Shown piece by piece: positions 1 through 9,243 of a stretch of DNA of 49,368 bases. The notes under the pieces were generated by a model. The model worked only from the letters and a program-made list of their open reading frames with translations. It was not told the DNA's origin and searched no databases. The position numbers and the translations under genes are program-made. Position 1 is the first letter of the stretch; each line of letters opens with the position of its first letter. Location of the stretch: IMG/VR virus record IMGVR_UViG_3300034220_000009, positions 1-49,368 of that record, one strand, 5' to 3'. The DNA comes from a virus.

Positions 1-127
1 GATTCATCGGATAGATGTAATCGTCATTAGGCATCGGATCAGTCCAGCTCCCACTCCAGTCTTCAGGCTTGCGGTACTTCGCGAAGAAGTAAGTCGGTGG
101 ATAGCCGAGATCGTGATCGACGATAAC
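1..127. repeat. Terminal direct repeat, left copy (identical to 49242..49368)
   Basis: Bases 1..127 (gattcatcggatagatgtaatcg...gatcgtgatcgacgataac) recur exactly at 49242..49368. The repeat lies inside an ORF, and 127 is a typical maximum assembler k-mer. It is most simply the overlap of a circular contig. Confidence 0.95.
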
Positions 128-703
128 CGAGTACCCGTTCGTGCCGTCCGGAATCCGTACGCCTGTATGTTGAATACCCAGCGCTTTAGCGTTGTTGTGC
201 AGCCGGAACTTCGTCATATCCGTATCTTCCAACCGAACGCCGGGGCCATCGATGACACGGATACCGTATCGGGAAGCAGAAGTGCGCGCGCCAAGTGACG
301 CCTGTCCCACTTCCTGTCGGAACTCCTGCGTAATGTCGACCGCGAAGACACGGATACGACAGCGGATTCTCAGTGCATCTGTCGGATCGCCGGGAACGAA
401 TATGCCTCGCAAGTACACCTTGTTCTTGGTAGCGACGATCTCGTTGGCTACATCTCGCGGAAAGAGAGGTGTGGTGATGTTCTCCTGCCTACAGGTGAAA
501 GCCGGGATATATCCTAGATCATGTGAAGCCAACTCCATACTCCAATAGCCTTCGGTCGCCGGCCATTCAGTCTTGTTGATCTCCATCTGAACGTCAACTA
601 CGGCGTCCATGAACGGCCAACGGTCATCAAGCACCCGTTGATAGTCTGCCGCACGGTCGACCGAAATGCCTTCTTGTGAGATACGGATGCCGGGGCGGCC
701 CAT
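1..703 (-). CDS. Virion-module protein, 5' part of a 274-aa ORF that crosses the contig junction (join 49120..49241 with 1..703)
   Basis: ATG at 703..701 (MGRPGIRISQEGISVDRAADY...). The frame is open to base 1 and continues through the terminal repeat to TGA at 49120..49122. Unique length is 825 nt = 275 codons. It contains two H-D-L-G-Y-x-P modules. Confidence 0.7.
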   Translation of the reverse strand, partial: MGRPGIRISQEGISVDRAADYQRVLDDRWPFMDAVVDVQMEINKTEWPATEGYWSMELASHDLGYIPAFTCRQENITTPLFPRDVANEIVATKNKVYLRGIFVPGDPTDALRIRCRIRVFAVDITQEFRQEVGQASLGARTSASRYGIRVIDGPGVRLEDTDMTKFRLHNNAKALGIQHTGVRIPDGTNGYSVIVDHDLGYPPTYFFAKYRKPEDWSGSWTDPMPNDDYIYPMN

Positions 704-979
704 CTAATCCTCCTGATCACCGATACGCATCATCGGCTCGCCTTCTTCATTGTCGACATCAATCTGACCTTGTGGGCCTTTGATATGGATCCGGCCGGCA
801 TTGAGCGTGTCGCCTAGATTACCGGACACACGCATCTCATCGAAGTTGATCTCCTGCGGTTTGTAGGCCCGCATCGTACCCACACTGCGCAAGCTGTTCT
901 CTATCGGCAAGCTGTTCAGAGTGCGGCGCATAAAGCCGTTATATCCGGCGCGCTGGTAGTCGTATTGCTGATCATCCAC
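704..979 (-). CDS. Hypothetical protein (91 aa)
   Basis: In-frame GTG at 979..977 overlaps the upstream stop (GTGGATGA), with GAGGAG about 10 nt upstream. The ATG-extended ORF 704..1060 would overlap the 663-aa gene by 89 nt. Confidence 0.45.
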   Translation of the reverse strand: MDDQQYDYQRAGYNGFMRRTLNSLPIENSLRSVGTMRAYKPQEINFDEMRVSGNLGDTLNAGRIHIKGPQGQIDVDNEEGEPMMRIGDQED

Positions 980-2963
980 TAGCAGGTGTCTCCTCGGAGA
1001 CATTGTACACCCACTCGATGCCCTCGATCTTTTGCGGGGCGCCTTCAGTAGATTGGTCAATGATCAGATCAGCAGTGCCGCCGGTAGGTATCTCAAGCCG
1101 GGGAGGGAACTCTATATATTCCTCTTCCTTCTGAATCTCACCGACTTCCTTGTGCTGGCCGTTGCCGACAGCGATCTTCACCTTCGCGCCTTTGGCGTTG
1201 TGTGATGTGATGATGACGCCGATGAACTTCTTCTTACGGCGCGTACCGAGATATGATCGTCCGGTCTGCTCCACGAAAGGAATGGACACACCGCCGTCAG
1301 TGTTGCCGGTGTCATCGATATAGAGTTTGCCGTCATCCGAGAAGAAATACGGCTTAACCGTACCGGTATAATCGTCAGTGCCTTGAAACAGTGCCTTCTT
1401 GCCAAGCGAATCAATGGCCCAGTTATTGTCATCAAAGCTATATACGATCCGAAGATTTTCATTACCACGTCCGACATCCACCGTGCCGAGATACAGCATG
1501 TAAGTGTTATTGATAACCGTGCTACTGCTAGTGATCAGATTGGCCTGCGGAACGTACTTCATGATCAGCTCGTACAAGCCGCGCGAAATGTATTCCTGCT
1601 GACCGGAGCTGTCGTTGCGCGCATGGATATGTCCCTTGGCGTCGACCCATACCAGCCAGTCATCATCGATATTCTGGATTGAGTGCGGCGCGATGCAACC
1701 GACGCTGCTACTGAATGTGACCATATTGCCGCCATCCCACTTTTGCGCGGAATTACGAGTGAAGACCACCAGACGATTGCTAGACTTACGCATCCCTGTG
1801 ATAGCGTTGCTGGAATCCGTACCGGGCCGTGTGCTTGTCCAATCAGCTCTTGCGGGTTCTGGGTGATCGATGTTCCAGAAGCGCGTCAGCAAGCCGTAGC
1901 GTCCGTCCAGCCACAGCTCATCGTTGTCGGCAAGGTTGTAATACAGGTTTAAAGTATGAGTACCAGAGCCGGTAGCTGTGATATCAATCGCCGTGCCGGC
2001 CGTGGCGAGAGCGGCCGTCGTGGCGAGCTTCATGGTCGTCGCGGAAAGATTGATGACGTAATACGTCGTACTGGCAGCCAAGCCTGTCGGCAATGTGCCG
2101 GTGGTAGAAACTTGTACCGGAGTGCCAGTAGGATAGAGCGTCGTGCTGGATACCGTCAGGATATCCGTAGTGGCAGCGGTGAACGTCTTCGTCTCACGAG
2201 TGAAGTACACGCGCTTGTTGGGACGATCAACCGACGTGATCGTGACGTCGTACAATTTTGTGCTGCCGCCGGCGGCGTAAATGTCGAGCATCATACCGGC
2301 CTTGAGGTAGCGCACCGAGTCGACCGTGATGTACGCCAACAGACCGTTGTGAGCGGCCTGTACGAATGTGATGCTGCCGAGCAAGCCAGATGACTTGTAG
2401 AGCCTATTGGGATAACGAACGCTATTGACCGTGACGTTGCCGGCGTACAGCGAACCGTTGAACTCTTCGATAAAGTAGGCGGCCGGCATGTTCAGGATGT
2501 TGCGGATCGCGGAGACGTCCAGAGTCTTGTCGACATTGTAGGCGTTCAGCGGAGCGCCGGTAGTAGCGTTGTAGCCGGAGATGTAGACCTCATCATTGTC
2601 GAGGAAGAAGAATACCTTGGCGTCAGCAGGATAACCGGTGACACTGGTCAGCGTCGTCCATGCGCCGGTAGCGGAATCCTGCACCCGGACAATCGTCGCC
2701 GTATCCGCATCATTGTTGACTGCTACGAACCTCTTGTTACCTGTAGTGAACCGGGCGATGAACGCGCCGGTCGGAGCATTACTGGCAGAGAAGACGCTGC
2801 CTACCTGCGTACAACCGTTGCGCCGAATGTATGATCCGAGCTGAATTCCAAAACGGCCATTGCGACCGTTGGCGAGTTCGTTCTGCTTCCGCATCGCTGG
2901 GTTGGTGGCGTATTGGATACCACCGCTAACATCCATCTGCGGGTAGTAGCGGATACCGCTCAC
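972..2963 (-). CDS. Large virion/tail structural protein (663 aa), possibly nozzle/tubular-B-like
   Basis: Uninterrupted ORF with a 4-nt overlap to the upstream gene. Composition is beta-rich (Ser/Thr/Gly/Asn). Function is guessed only from size and position after the fibre genes. Confidence 0.55.
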   Translation of the reverse strand: MSGIRYYPQMDVSGGIQYATNPAMRKQNELANGRNGRFGIQLGSYIRRNGCTQVGSVFSASNAPTGAFIARFTTGNKRFVAVNNDADTATIVRVQDSATGAWTTLTSVTGYPADAKVFFFLDNDEVYISGYNATTGAPLNAYNVDKTLDVSAIRNILNMPAAYFIEEFNGSLYAGNVTVNSVRYPNRLYKSSGLLGSITFVQAAHNGLLAYITVDSVRYLKAGMMLDIYAAGGSTKLYDVTITSVDRPNKRVYFTRETKTFTAATTDILTVSSTTLYPTGTPVQVSTTGTLPTGLAASTTYYVINLSATTMKLATTAALATAGTAIDITATGSGTHTLNLYYNLADNDELWLDGRYGLLTRFWNIDHPEPARADWTSTRPGTDSSNAITGMRKSSNRLVVFTRNSAQKWDGGNMVTFSSSVGCIAPHSIQNIDDDWLVWVDAKGHIHARNDSSGQQEYISRGLYELIMKYVPQANLITSSSTVINNTYMLYLGTVDVGRGNENLRIVYSFDDNNWAIDSLGKKALFQGTDDYTGTVKPYFFSDDGKLYIDDTGNTDGGVSIPFVEQTGRSYLGTRRKKKFIGVIITSHNAKGAKVKIAVGNGQHKEVGEIQKEEEYIEFPPRLEIPTGGTADLIIDQSTEGAPQKIEGIEWVYNVSEETPASG

Positions 2964-4162
2964 AGATGGAACCTTTTACGGAAAAGCGGACTGCGGCGTG
3001 GCGTGAAGCTCATCGGTGTACCGGCGTCCTTACGGTTGGCGCGTTGCATCTTGACGGCCTCATTGCCATACTTACCTTCCCACTGCTGGGCGAGACTGGC
3101 GAACTTTCCATCTGTCTCTGCCTTGGCGTGATAGTACTCTGCGCGGAACTTCATGCGATATATCAAAGAAGTTGGAGTAAGGACGCGATCAGCCAAACTA
3201 TCGAACTGCGGAAAATGCCGCCAGTAGTGTATCTCAATGCTGCCGGTCACATTAGTACGGGGCGCTGGGCCAAGATACAATCGGTTGCTGTCTTCATCGA
3301 GTGCGACGTCCAGTAGGTCGTCGCTATTCTGCCAGTTACCGCCACGATACTTCCGCACGAAAGCTTCGTACGTCAGTGGCTCTTCGATCTGGTAAGTACG
3401 GGTCACACCACCAAGAGTCCGGTTGTATGCCAAGAAGTTGAACTTCCAGAAGTCAGGCTCGTCGTTGGCGTCGAGACAGACCTGATCGAGATCGATGTAG
3501 TTGACGCCAGCCTGCGTGTCGACGGTAACGGACTTCTTGAGGAAGTCATACGGACGATGACTCTGGGTAGTCAGCTCATCATTCACCTCATTAGCCATGT
3601 CCATGTACTCTTCCGGTGTGAACATCGAGAATTGGGTGTCCCGAATACGACGAACATGGACATCGATCGCCGCGCCGATACTGCCGGCAGGATAACCGGT
3701 GGCAGACATTGGATCGGAGAAATCACTTTCTTCGCCGCTGGCACTATTAAAGAATTTGACCTTGTAGTAATTGGCACTTGTGCCGGTGACATCATCGTAG
3801 TAGGTAACGTGGTCATTGTTGTCGAAGTCTATGTTCTCAGTGGCGATCAGGGTGTAGCTGCCATCGATACTGTTGGCGCGGTAGAACTTCATCTGATTCC
3901 AGCGGAGTACATATACCGCGTCGTCGGCGTTATGTGCAAACTCTGTAGGATCAAAAAGGTTGATCGTCCCCTTACCTAAGATTCCATCAGTGATGAGCGT
4001 TTCAGTGCGCTCACCGCCATCTTCACCGACAAGAATAGCCAGATCAGCGGCAAAACGATCATTATTCTTCACGGAAAGCGTAGTTCGCCCGGCGGCATGG
4101 TCTTCCGAGAGGAAAGTCTTTTCAAGCTCACTAGTGCCGGGATTCATTGCGGGTACGTTCAT
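2960..4162 (-). CDS. Virion structural protein (400 aa) with N-terminal Ig/FN3-like segment, possible head-tail adaptor
   Basis: ORF in the structural operon. The segment YTLIATENIDFDNNDHVTYYDDVTGTSANYYKVKFFNSASGEESDFSDP looks like an FN3/Ig module. The role is positional inference. Confidence 0.5.
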   Translation of the reverse strand: MNVPAMNPGTSELEKTFLSEDHAAGRTTLSVKNNDRFAADLAILVGEDGGERTETLITDGILGKGTINLFDPTEFAHNADDAVYVLRWNQMKFYRANSIDGSYTLIATENIDFDNNDHVTYYDDVTGTSANYYKVKFFNSASGEESDFSDPMSATGYPAGSIGAAIDVHVRRIRDTQFSMFTPEEYMDMANEVNDELTTQSHRPYDFLKKSVTVDTQAGVNYIDLDQVCLDANDEPDFWKFNFLAYNRTLGGVTRTYQIEEPLTYEAFVRKYRGGNWQNSDDLLDVALDEDSNRLYLGPAPRTNVTGSIEIHYWRHFPQFDSLADRVLTPTSLIYRMKFRAEYYHAKAETDGKFASLAQQWEGKYGNEAVKMQRANRKDAGTPMSFTPRRSPLFRKRFHL

Positions 4163-4188
4163 AAGTGTTCCTGTCTGCTTTCAGCTTA

Positions 4189-7100
4189 CTATTTCAGCCG
4201 AGGTTTGTCACTTGAACCCATATGACGCAAACGCGGGAGTACGACCCGGTGAAAGAAGTTCGGCTGACGGTATCGTGTCAGCAGCTTCGGCTTTTCGCGG
4301 TAGTAACTACCGCCAATATAGGCGACGCCAGTCTGACTTTGTTGAACGGTCGCATAGATACGGGATCGGCCGGTTTGAACATGAAGCGTCACCGCCTGCA
4401 CGCGAGCAATGGCAGTCTGTGGTCGGGAGTAGCTGGCTTGAACGCGCGCCGCGCCGAGCTGGTCACGGGAGGTGATCGCCTGCACGCGCGCGACGCCGGT
4501 CTGATGATACGTCTGGACGACTACGACGGTTGCCTTGCCCGTCTGATCCTGCGTAACGGTGATGTGGATACGAGCTACGCCAGTTTGCGCGCGCGAGGTG
4601 TTCGTAGTGGTCAAGACGTGGGCTACGCCGGTCTGGTCGCGCGTAGTGGTTCCCGTCAACCGAGCTACACCCGTCTGGTCGCGAGTAGCTATCGCAAGGA
4701 TGCGGGCCGTACCCGTCTGCGCCTGAAGATTGACAATCTGAACGCGGCTGACACCGACCTGATTCCTACTGCTGGTCGCGGTCAGGCGAGCTACACCTGT
4801 TTGATTTTGACTGATGATCGCCAGTATCCGAGATTTTCCTGTCTGGTCTTGCGTAACGGGCCGTTGGATGCGAGACACGCCTGATATATCTTGAGCAACG
4901 TAATGATCGATCTTGGATACGCCGGTCTGGGTGCGCGTGAATAAGACGGCGACACGAGAGACGCCAGTCTGGTCACGAGTCGTAATCAGACTACCGAAGT
5001 CGAGGTTGAAGTAATCCGTACCAATGACGTGTGTTAACAGTGCGACGCCGGTCTGGATGCGACTACCGAGAATGACGAGGTTGGCTGCTCCCGTCTGATT
5101 GCGCGTAGCGACTACCTGCACGCGAGCCGCGCCAGTCTGGTCGCGAGAGATCGTAGTAGCGATACGTGCTGTCCCCGTCTGAAGACGTACCGTGGCAGCA
5201 GTAACACGAGAGACGCCGGTTTGCGTACGCGGCGTGGAAGCGGTCAGTCTAGCCTTACCGGTCTGATCTTGTGTACCGGTCGCCGTCACACGGCTTTTGC
5301 CTGTCTGGACTTGAGCGGCAGAAGCGGTGATACGGCTACTACCGACCTGCGTCTGTGATGCCGTCGCGGTGATCCGGCCCTTGCCTGTTTGAGTTTGTAA
5401 GGCTACAGCCGTAATGCGGCTCTTGCCGGTTTGAGCCTGTCCGACCACACTACTAATGCGAGAAACACCAGTTTGAGTGCGCGACGTCGTAGTGTCACTA
5501 GTCAGGGTGTTGAAAGTGTCAAAATAGGCTACCGTAGTGCCGACTTCAGGCCCGTATGCGCCGGCTGCGATACGAAGGTTTATATTGGTGACAGCGAACG
5601 GAGCGGCAAGGCTGGCGTAATTCGTCCAAGAACTACCGTCAGTAGAGTAATCCCAGTAGATCGTGCCAGCAGACTCACGGATTCGGAAGAACTTATGCAC
5701 AGCCGAGTTATAGGCCGTATCGTTGCGTTGGTCAGAGTAGCTGCCGGACACCTGCTTTTGAGCGACCAGCATACCGCCACCGATGATCCAAGACAGGGTA
5801 TTGGAAGCGTCGAGATACACCTGAACCGCAACAGCCTGAAAAGTCGGCAAGGACTGGTTGCCGGCGTTGACGAGCTGCGAATAAAGGTAGCTGCCGGTGA
5901 GGTTATAGTTGTTGACGCTCTTGTATGTCGAGTACACTCCGGATGACGAGACGTTCCCTAGTTCAAGCTGATTGTTCTGTTCAGCCCAGTTGCTACCTTC
6001 CGTATTCCACTTAGCAGTGTCGCGACTGTTGTCGTTGAAATTGTCTGTCAATGTCTGCGCCAAAGGAAGCGTTATATTAGCCTTACCCGTCTGCGTACGA
6101 TCTACCACGGAGCCAAGAATATTGGATACACCAGTTTGCAAACGGGATAGGGTAGCAAAGACACGGGCGATACCGGTCTGAGTACGGGTGGTCGTCACTG
6201 TACCATCATTGACGTGGGAGAATACAGAGAGTCCGACAAACTGGATCGTCGTATCGGCTGCGGCGCTAAGGTTTTTCGGCGTTATGCGTACACGGAAGTT
6301 GGCATTTGATAGTTCACTGACCGTGAAAGCGTGTCCCCATGCAGTCGGGCCGCCACCGACTTTGTACGTCTCTATCGCCACATCACCAAGCTTATTGGTC
6401 GGCTTCGCCGTAGTCCAAGAGGAACCGCCGTCCCAAGACAGTTCTACATCAATAAGAACCTGCGACGCATCTGCACTAGCGATAGCTTTGATAGTCACTT
6501 CAATGTCGTCAATGGTATGCCCGGCCAAGTTCGTGATGCCGAAATCCTTCAGGGTGAAAGGGCTGTTGGTCGACACGTCAGTTCCGACCGCACTACTGGC
6601 GTCGTCCGCGTACACGTTGCTAATATTCGCCCACGCCGCCGCGACATTCTCGCTCGCGCTAGGAAGATAGCTGTTGCTTACGCCGTCATACGTCACCGAC
6701 AGCTGCGCGTCGTTGGAAGTCTCGGACATGTCTACAGACAATGTAGTGGTCAGACCGGGAGTGTGCATCACGAAGAGTACAGCGTTTCCGGGAGTCCACC
6801 CTGCACGACTTACTACGGTTTGAAGGATTGAAGATACGTCGAATTCATACCATCCATCAGGAAGATCGTCGGTACGAATCTGTGCCGCCGGAACAGATGA
6901 AGTCAGCGTACGAGAAGAAATGTCATTGACGGTAGTGGTCAATGCCGGCGCGGTGTCGGCGTCTTGCGCACTCAGACTCCATATACCACCAGAAGATGTC
7001 GCGACGCCAGAAAGCCGCAAACGTAACTTGGCAGAACGAATTGTCGCGCCCTGCGGAGCGGTCAAGCCGGTGAAACGAAACGCGATCCAACCGTAGCTAG

Positions 7101-7203
7101 AAGAGGTAGTCGAGAGCGTGTGAGTAGAAGTCGTAAGATCTATAACGCCAGTGCTGTTGACCTGACCGCCATCGTCATTGACTACGAGAGACTGGTATGA
7201 CAT
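4189..7203 (-). CDS. Tail fibre/receptor-binding protein (1004 aa) with about 30 copies of a 14-aa QTGxxR repeat
   Basis: The N-terminal domain has the pattern GWIAFRFTGL...IRSAKLRLRLSG (DNRLRE-like, from motif memory). Residues about 385-565 form a lectin-like segment (LamG/ConA-type impression). Repeat blocks lie at residues 340-381 and 575-968, followed by a basic 36-aa C-terminal tail. Confidence 0.75.
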   Translation of the reverse strand: MSYQSLVVNDDGGQVNSTGVIDLTTSTHTLSTTSSSYGWIAFRFTGLTAPQGATIRSAKLRLRLSGVATSSGGIWSLSAQDADTAPALTTTVNDISSRTLTSSVPAAQIRTDDLPDGWYEFDVSSILQTVVSRAGWTPGNAVLFVMHTPGLTTTLSVDMSETSNDAQLSVTYDGVSNSYLPSASENVAAAWANISNVYADDASSAVGTDVSTNSPFTLKDFGITNLAGHTIDDIEVTIKAIASADASQVLIDVELSWDGGSSWTTAKPTNKLGDVAIETYKVGGGPTAWGHAFTVSELSNANFRVRITPKNLSAAADTTIQFVGLSVFSHVNDGTVTTTRTQTGIARVFATLSRLQTGVSNILGSVVDRTQTGKANITLPLAQTLTDNFNDNSRDTAKWNTEGSNWAEQNNQLELGNVSSSGVYSTYKSVNNYNLTGSYLYSQLVNAGNQSLPTFQAVAVQVYLDASNTLSWIIGGGMLVAQKQVSGSYSDQRNDTAYNSAVHKFFRIRESAGTIYWDYSTDGSSWTNYASLAAPFAVTNINLRIAAGAYGPEVGTTVAYFDTFNTLTSDTTTSRTQTGVSRISSVVGQAQTGKSRITAVALQTQTGKGRITATASQTQVGSSRITASAAQVQTGKSRVTATGTQDQTGKARLTASTPRTQTGVSRVTAATVRLQTGTARIATTISRDQTGAARVQVVATRNQTGAANLVILGSRIQTGVALLTHVIGTDYFNLDFGSLITTRDQTGVSRVAVLFTRTQTGVSKIDHYVAQDISGVSRIQRPVTQDQTGKSRILAIISQNQTGVARLTATSSRNQVGVSRVQIVNLQAQTGTARILAIATRDQTGVARLTGTTTRDQTGVAHVLTTTNTSRAQTGVARIHITVTQDQTGKATVVVVQTYHQTGVARVQAITSRDQLGAARVQASYSRPQTAIARVQAVTLHVQTGRSRIYATVQQSQTGVAYIGGSYYREKPKLLTRYRQPNFFHRVVLPRLRHMGSSDKPRLK
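4300..5481 (-). repeat. Tandem 42-nt (14-codon) repeat array, about 27 units, inside the 1004-aa fibre gene
   Basis: The protein reads RTQTGVSRISSVVG/QAQTGKSRITAVAL/QTQTGKGRITATAS/... through QSQTGVAYIGGSYY. One 14-aa non-repeat insert (TDYFNLDFGSLITT) interrupts the array. The DNA copies are diverged. Confidence 0.9.
6061..6186 (-). repeat. Three further 14-codon QTG repeats in the 1004-aa fibre gene
   Basis: RTQTGIARVFATLS/RLQTGVSNILGSVVD/RTQTGKANITL, immediately before the lectin-like segment. Confidence 0.8.
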
Positions 7204-9239
7204 TACTGATACACCCTTACATGAACTGCGTTATCGCTATCATAGTAGTTAGCAACATCGGTCGCGATAGAAGCCGTTAAGGTAATTTCGACATTCGAGG
7301 CAGTACTATTGTCGGTATCGATCGTCTCCCACGATCCACCAGCCACATTGTATATCTGCATATAAATCGGGCTAGAAGTGGTCGGCCGGGACGTCCGGCC
7401 TTTCCAAGTTGGTGTTAGCGGTGAAGTGTTAGTGGAGTGCGGAACGGAGAAGAGGTGTACGCCGTACAACTTGTCCTGCGTAAGATCAACGAACGAATCG
7501 TTGTCGGCAGCAGCGTCGGTCATCTGTACGCCGCTATAAGATGCAGCGAGCGACGTCTTGCCGGTGGGCAAGCTGGCAAGAGATTCTTTGGTATACAGCG
7601 GGGCAAGGATGCGTGCCGCGCCAGTCTGCGCGCGCGAAGTAGTACCGGTGGGGATATCAACGCTAGCAACGCCTGTCTGATTCTTGGTAGCCGTAGCGGT
7701 CAGCCGGGCCACGCCAATTTGTGACTGCTGTACGCTGGCAGTTACACGGGCCTTACCCGTCTGATCCTCTGATCTTGTCGTCAGGATTCGGGCAGTACCG
7801 AGTTGCAGCCGAGAGACTACCTCTTGCACGCGGGCGATGCCAGTCTGCGTACGAACAGCCTGTATTTGGACTCGGGAAACGCCTGTCTGAGTGCGAGGTG
7901 TAACAGTTTCCGCAACTTCAATAGCAGATGTGCCGAGTTGATCGCGGCTAGAAACGGTTTCAAGACGTGATTTACCTGTTTGGTCTTGCGAAGCGACGGC
8001 TTCTACTCGGGCCTTGCCCGTCTGATCCTGCGTGGTGGTGGTGTCGCTACTGCCGCCGGTCTTCGTAGTAACGATACGGGGAGTGACGGCGTTGGGGATG
8101 ACGACTCCGTTGCGAAGAACCCGGAAATCAATAGTGTCATTGTGGTCAACTTCTGCTGCTACGACTGTAATGGAATAGAGAAGCTCCATGTAATTACTGG
8201 CCGTGAGCTGTTTGCTGGTCACTAGACCTGTTTCAGAGATTTCACCGGCTACAAAGCTACCCGAGCCGCTACCTAATCTGTTGGTAGTCACGGTATCGTT
8301 TGCCAGGGACGCTGAAGCGAAGCCTAACACTGCGCTACTGCCAGTGGTAACGTCCGTATATGTGCCTCCATTCAGAGAATATTGGAGCCGGTAGTCGTCG
8401 ACTACGTTTCCAAAAACACCCGCTGTTTCCTGTATGCGGACTCTGACTTGTAGACTGCTGTCGCTGTCCAGTAAACGAGCGATCTGGGTGTTCTGAGCGT
8501 CAATCGCCGTCGATGTCGTTTCCGCGCCATCTTCGTAGAAGCAATAGGCTGCCAACTCAATCACCATAGGAGAGTTTTTTAGGGCAATAGTATAGCAAGT
8601 ATCTGTAGTGCTAGCCGACTTGCTCCGAATCGTAACGCCGATATCTTTAGGGGACAGGCAAATAGCTCGCGCTATTTGATAGCCGCCGCCATTTCCCTCG
8701 ATGAAGTTGAAGTCTACGATCTCGGATATGGAAGTAAGGTTAGCGTTTACGGGGTTGCCGAACTGAGTGCTGTTACCGTCGTCATTAGGTCTAGCCGTAA
8801 TGAAGAAGATGCTCGTATCAGGAACAGTCGTGGTCACGGCAGGTGAAGTTGCCGTGGTGCTGGGTGTCGACTTCACACTGGCAGCGATGCCGTCAAAGAA
8901 ATCTTCGGTGGGGTGAAGGTTTCTCCAAACAAATATACGACCAGAAACATGGTCTGTGCCCGGGCCGACGGTAACTGCTGGCTCTGAAGTAGTGGTCACT
9001 CTTTTCCAAAAAACATGCAGTTTGCTGCCGGCTGTAGTAGCGACATCAGTAATGGGCGAACCCGTTAGCGTAGTCCAACCCGTCGGCGCTGCAATATCGG
9101 CCGAGTTTCCTGATGTCTCGACTATCAAAAAACCTACATCGTTGAACGTAGTGCTAAGGCCAGTCGGCCATACAACCGAAACCGCAGCGCCCGTGCTGTT
9201 CGTCGCACTGCCTCTATCGAAGTATGCTGGCGCTGACAT
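7203..9239 (-). CDS. Tail fibre/tail spike-like protein (678 aa) with about 10 copies of the same 14-aa repeat
   Basis: ORF whose TAA overlaps the ATG of the next fibre gene (TAATG at 7201..7205). The central repeats read QDQTGKARVEAVAS/QDQTGKSRLETVSS/.../RAQTGAARILAPLY. Confidence 0.7.
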   Translation of the reverse strand: MSAPAYFDRGSATNSTGAAVSVVWPTGLSTTFNDVGFLIVETSGNSADIAAPTGWTTLTGSPITDVATTAGSKLHVFWKRVTTTSEPAVTVGPGTDHVSGRIFVWRNLHPTEDFFDGIAASVKSTPSTTATSPAVTTTVPDTSIFFITARPNDDGNSTQFGNPVNANLTSISEIVDFNFIEGNGGGYQIARAICLSPKDIGVTIRSKSASTTDTCYTIALKNSPMVIELAAYCFYEDGAETTSTAIDAQNTQIARLLDSDSSLQVRVRIQETAGVFGNVVDDYRLQYSLNGGTYTDVTTGSSAVLGFASASLANDTVTTNRLGSGSGSFVAGEISETGLVTSKQLTASNYMELLYSITVVAAEVDHNDTIDFRVLRNGVVIPNAVTPRIVTTKTGGSSDTTTTQDQTGKARVEAVASQDQTGKSRLETVSSRDQLGTSAIEVAETVTPRTQTGVSRVQIQAVRTQTGIARVQEVVSRLQLGTARILTTRSEDQTGKARVTASVQQSQIGVARLTATATKNQTGVASVDIPTGTTSRAQTGAARILAPLYTKESLASLPTGKTSLAASYSGVQMTDAAADNDSFVDLTQDKLYGVHLFSVPHSTNTSPLTPTWKGRTSRPTTSSPIYMQIYNVAGGSWETIDTDNSTASNVEITLTASIATDVANYYDSDNAVHVRVYQ
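7593..8030 (-). repeat. Tandem 14-codon QTG repeat array (about 10 units) inside the 678-aa fibre gene
   Basis: Residues 404-549 of the 678-aa ORF. Same consensus as the array at 4300..5481: [RQ]-x-Q-T-G-x-[AS]-R-[VIL]-x5. Confidence 0.85.
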
Positions 9240-9243
9240 CTGA

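Noticed and set aside
1-127. The 127-bp repeat as a genuine T7-type physical direct terminal repeat.
   Set aside because: It lies inside a continuous structural ORF, and its length equals a standard assembler k-mer. A circular-assembly overlap is the simpler reading.
4189-9239. The fibre repeats as a diversity-generating retroelement target, or collagen-like repeats.
   Set aside because: There is no reverse transcriptase gene, no template/variable repeat pair with adenine-specific differences and no G-x-y periodicity. The period is 14 residues.
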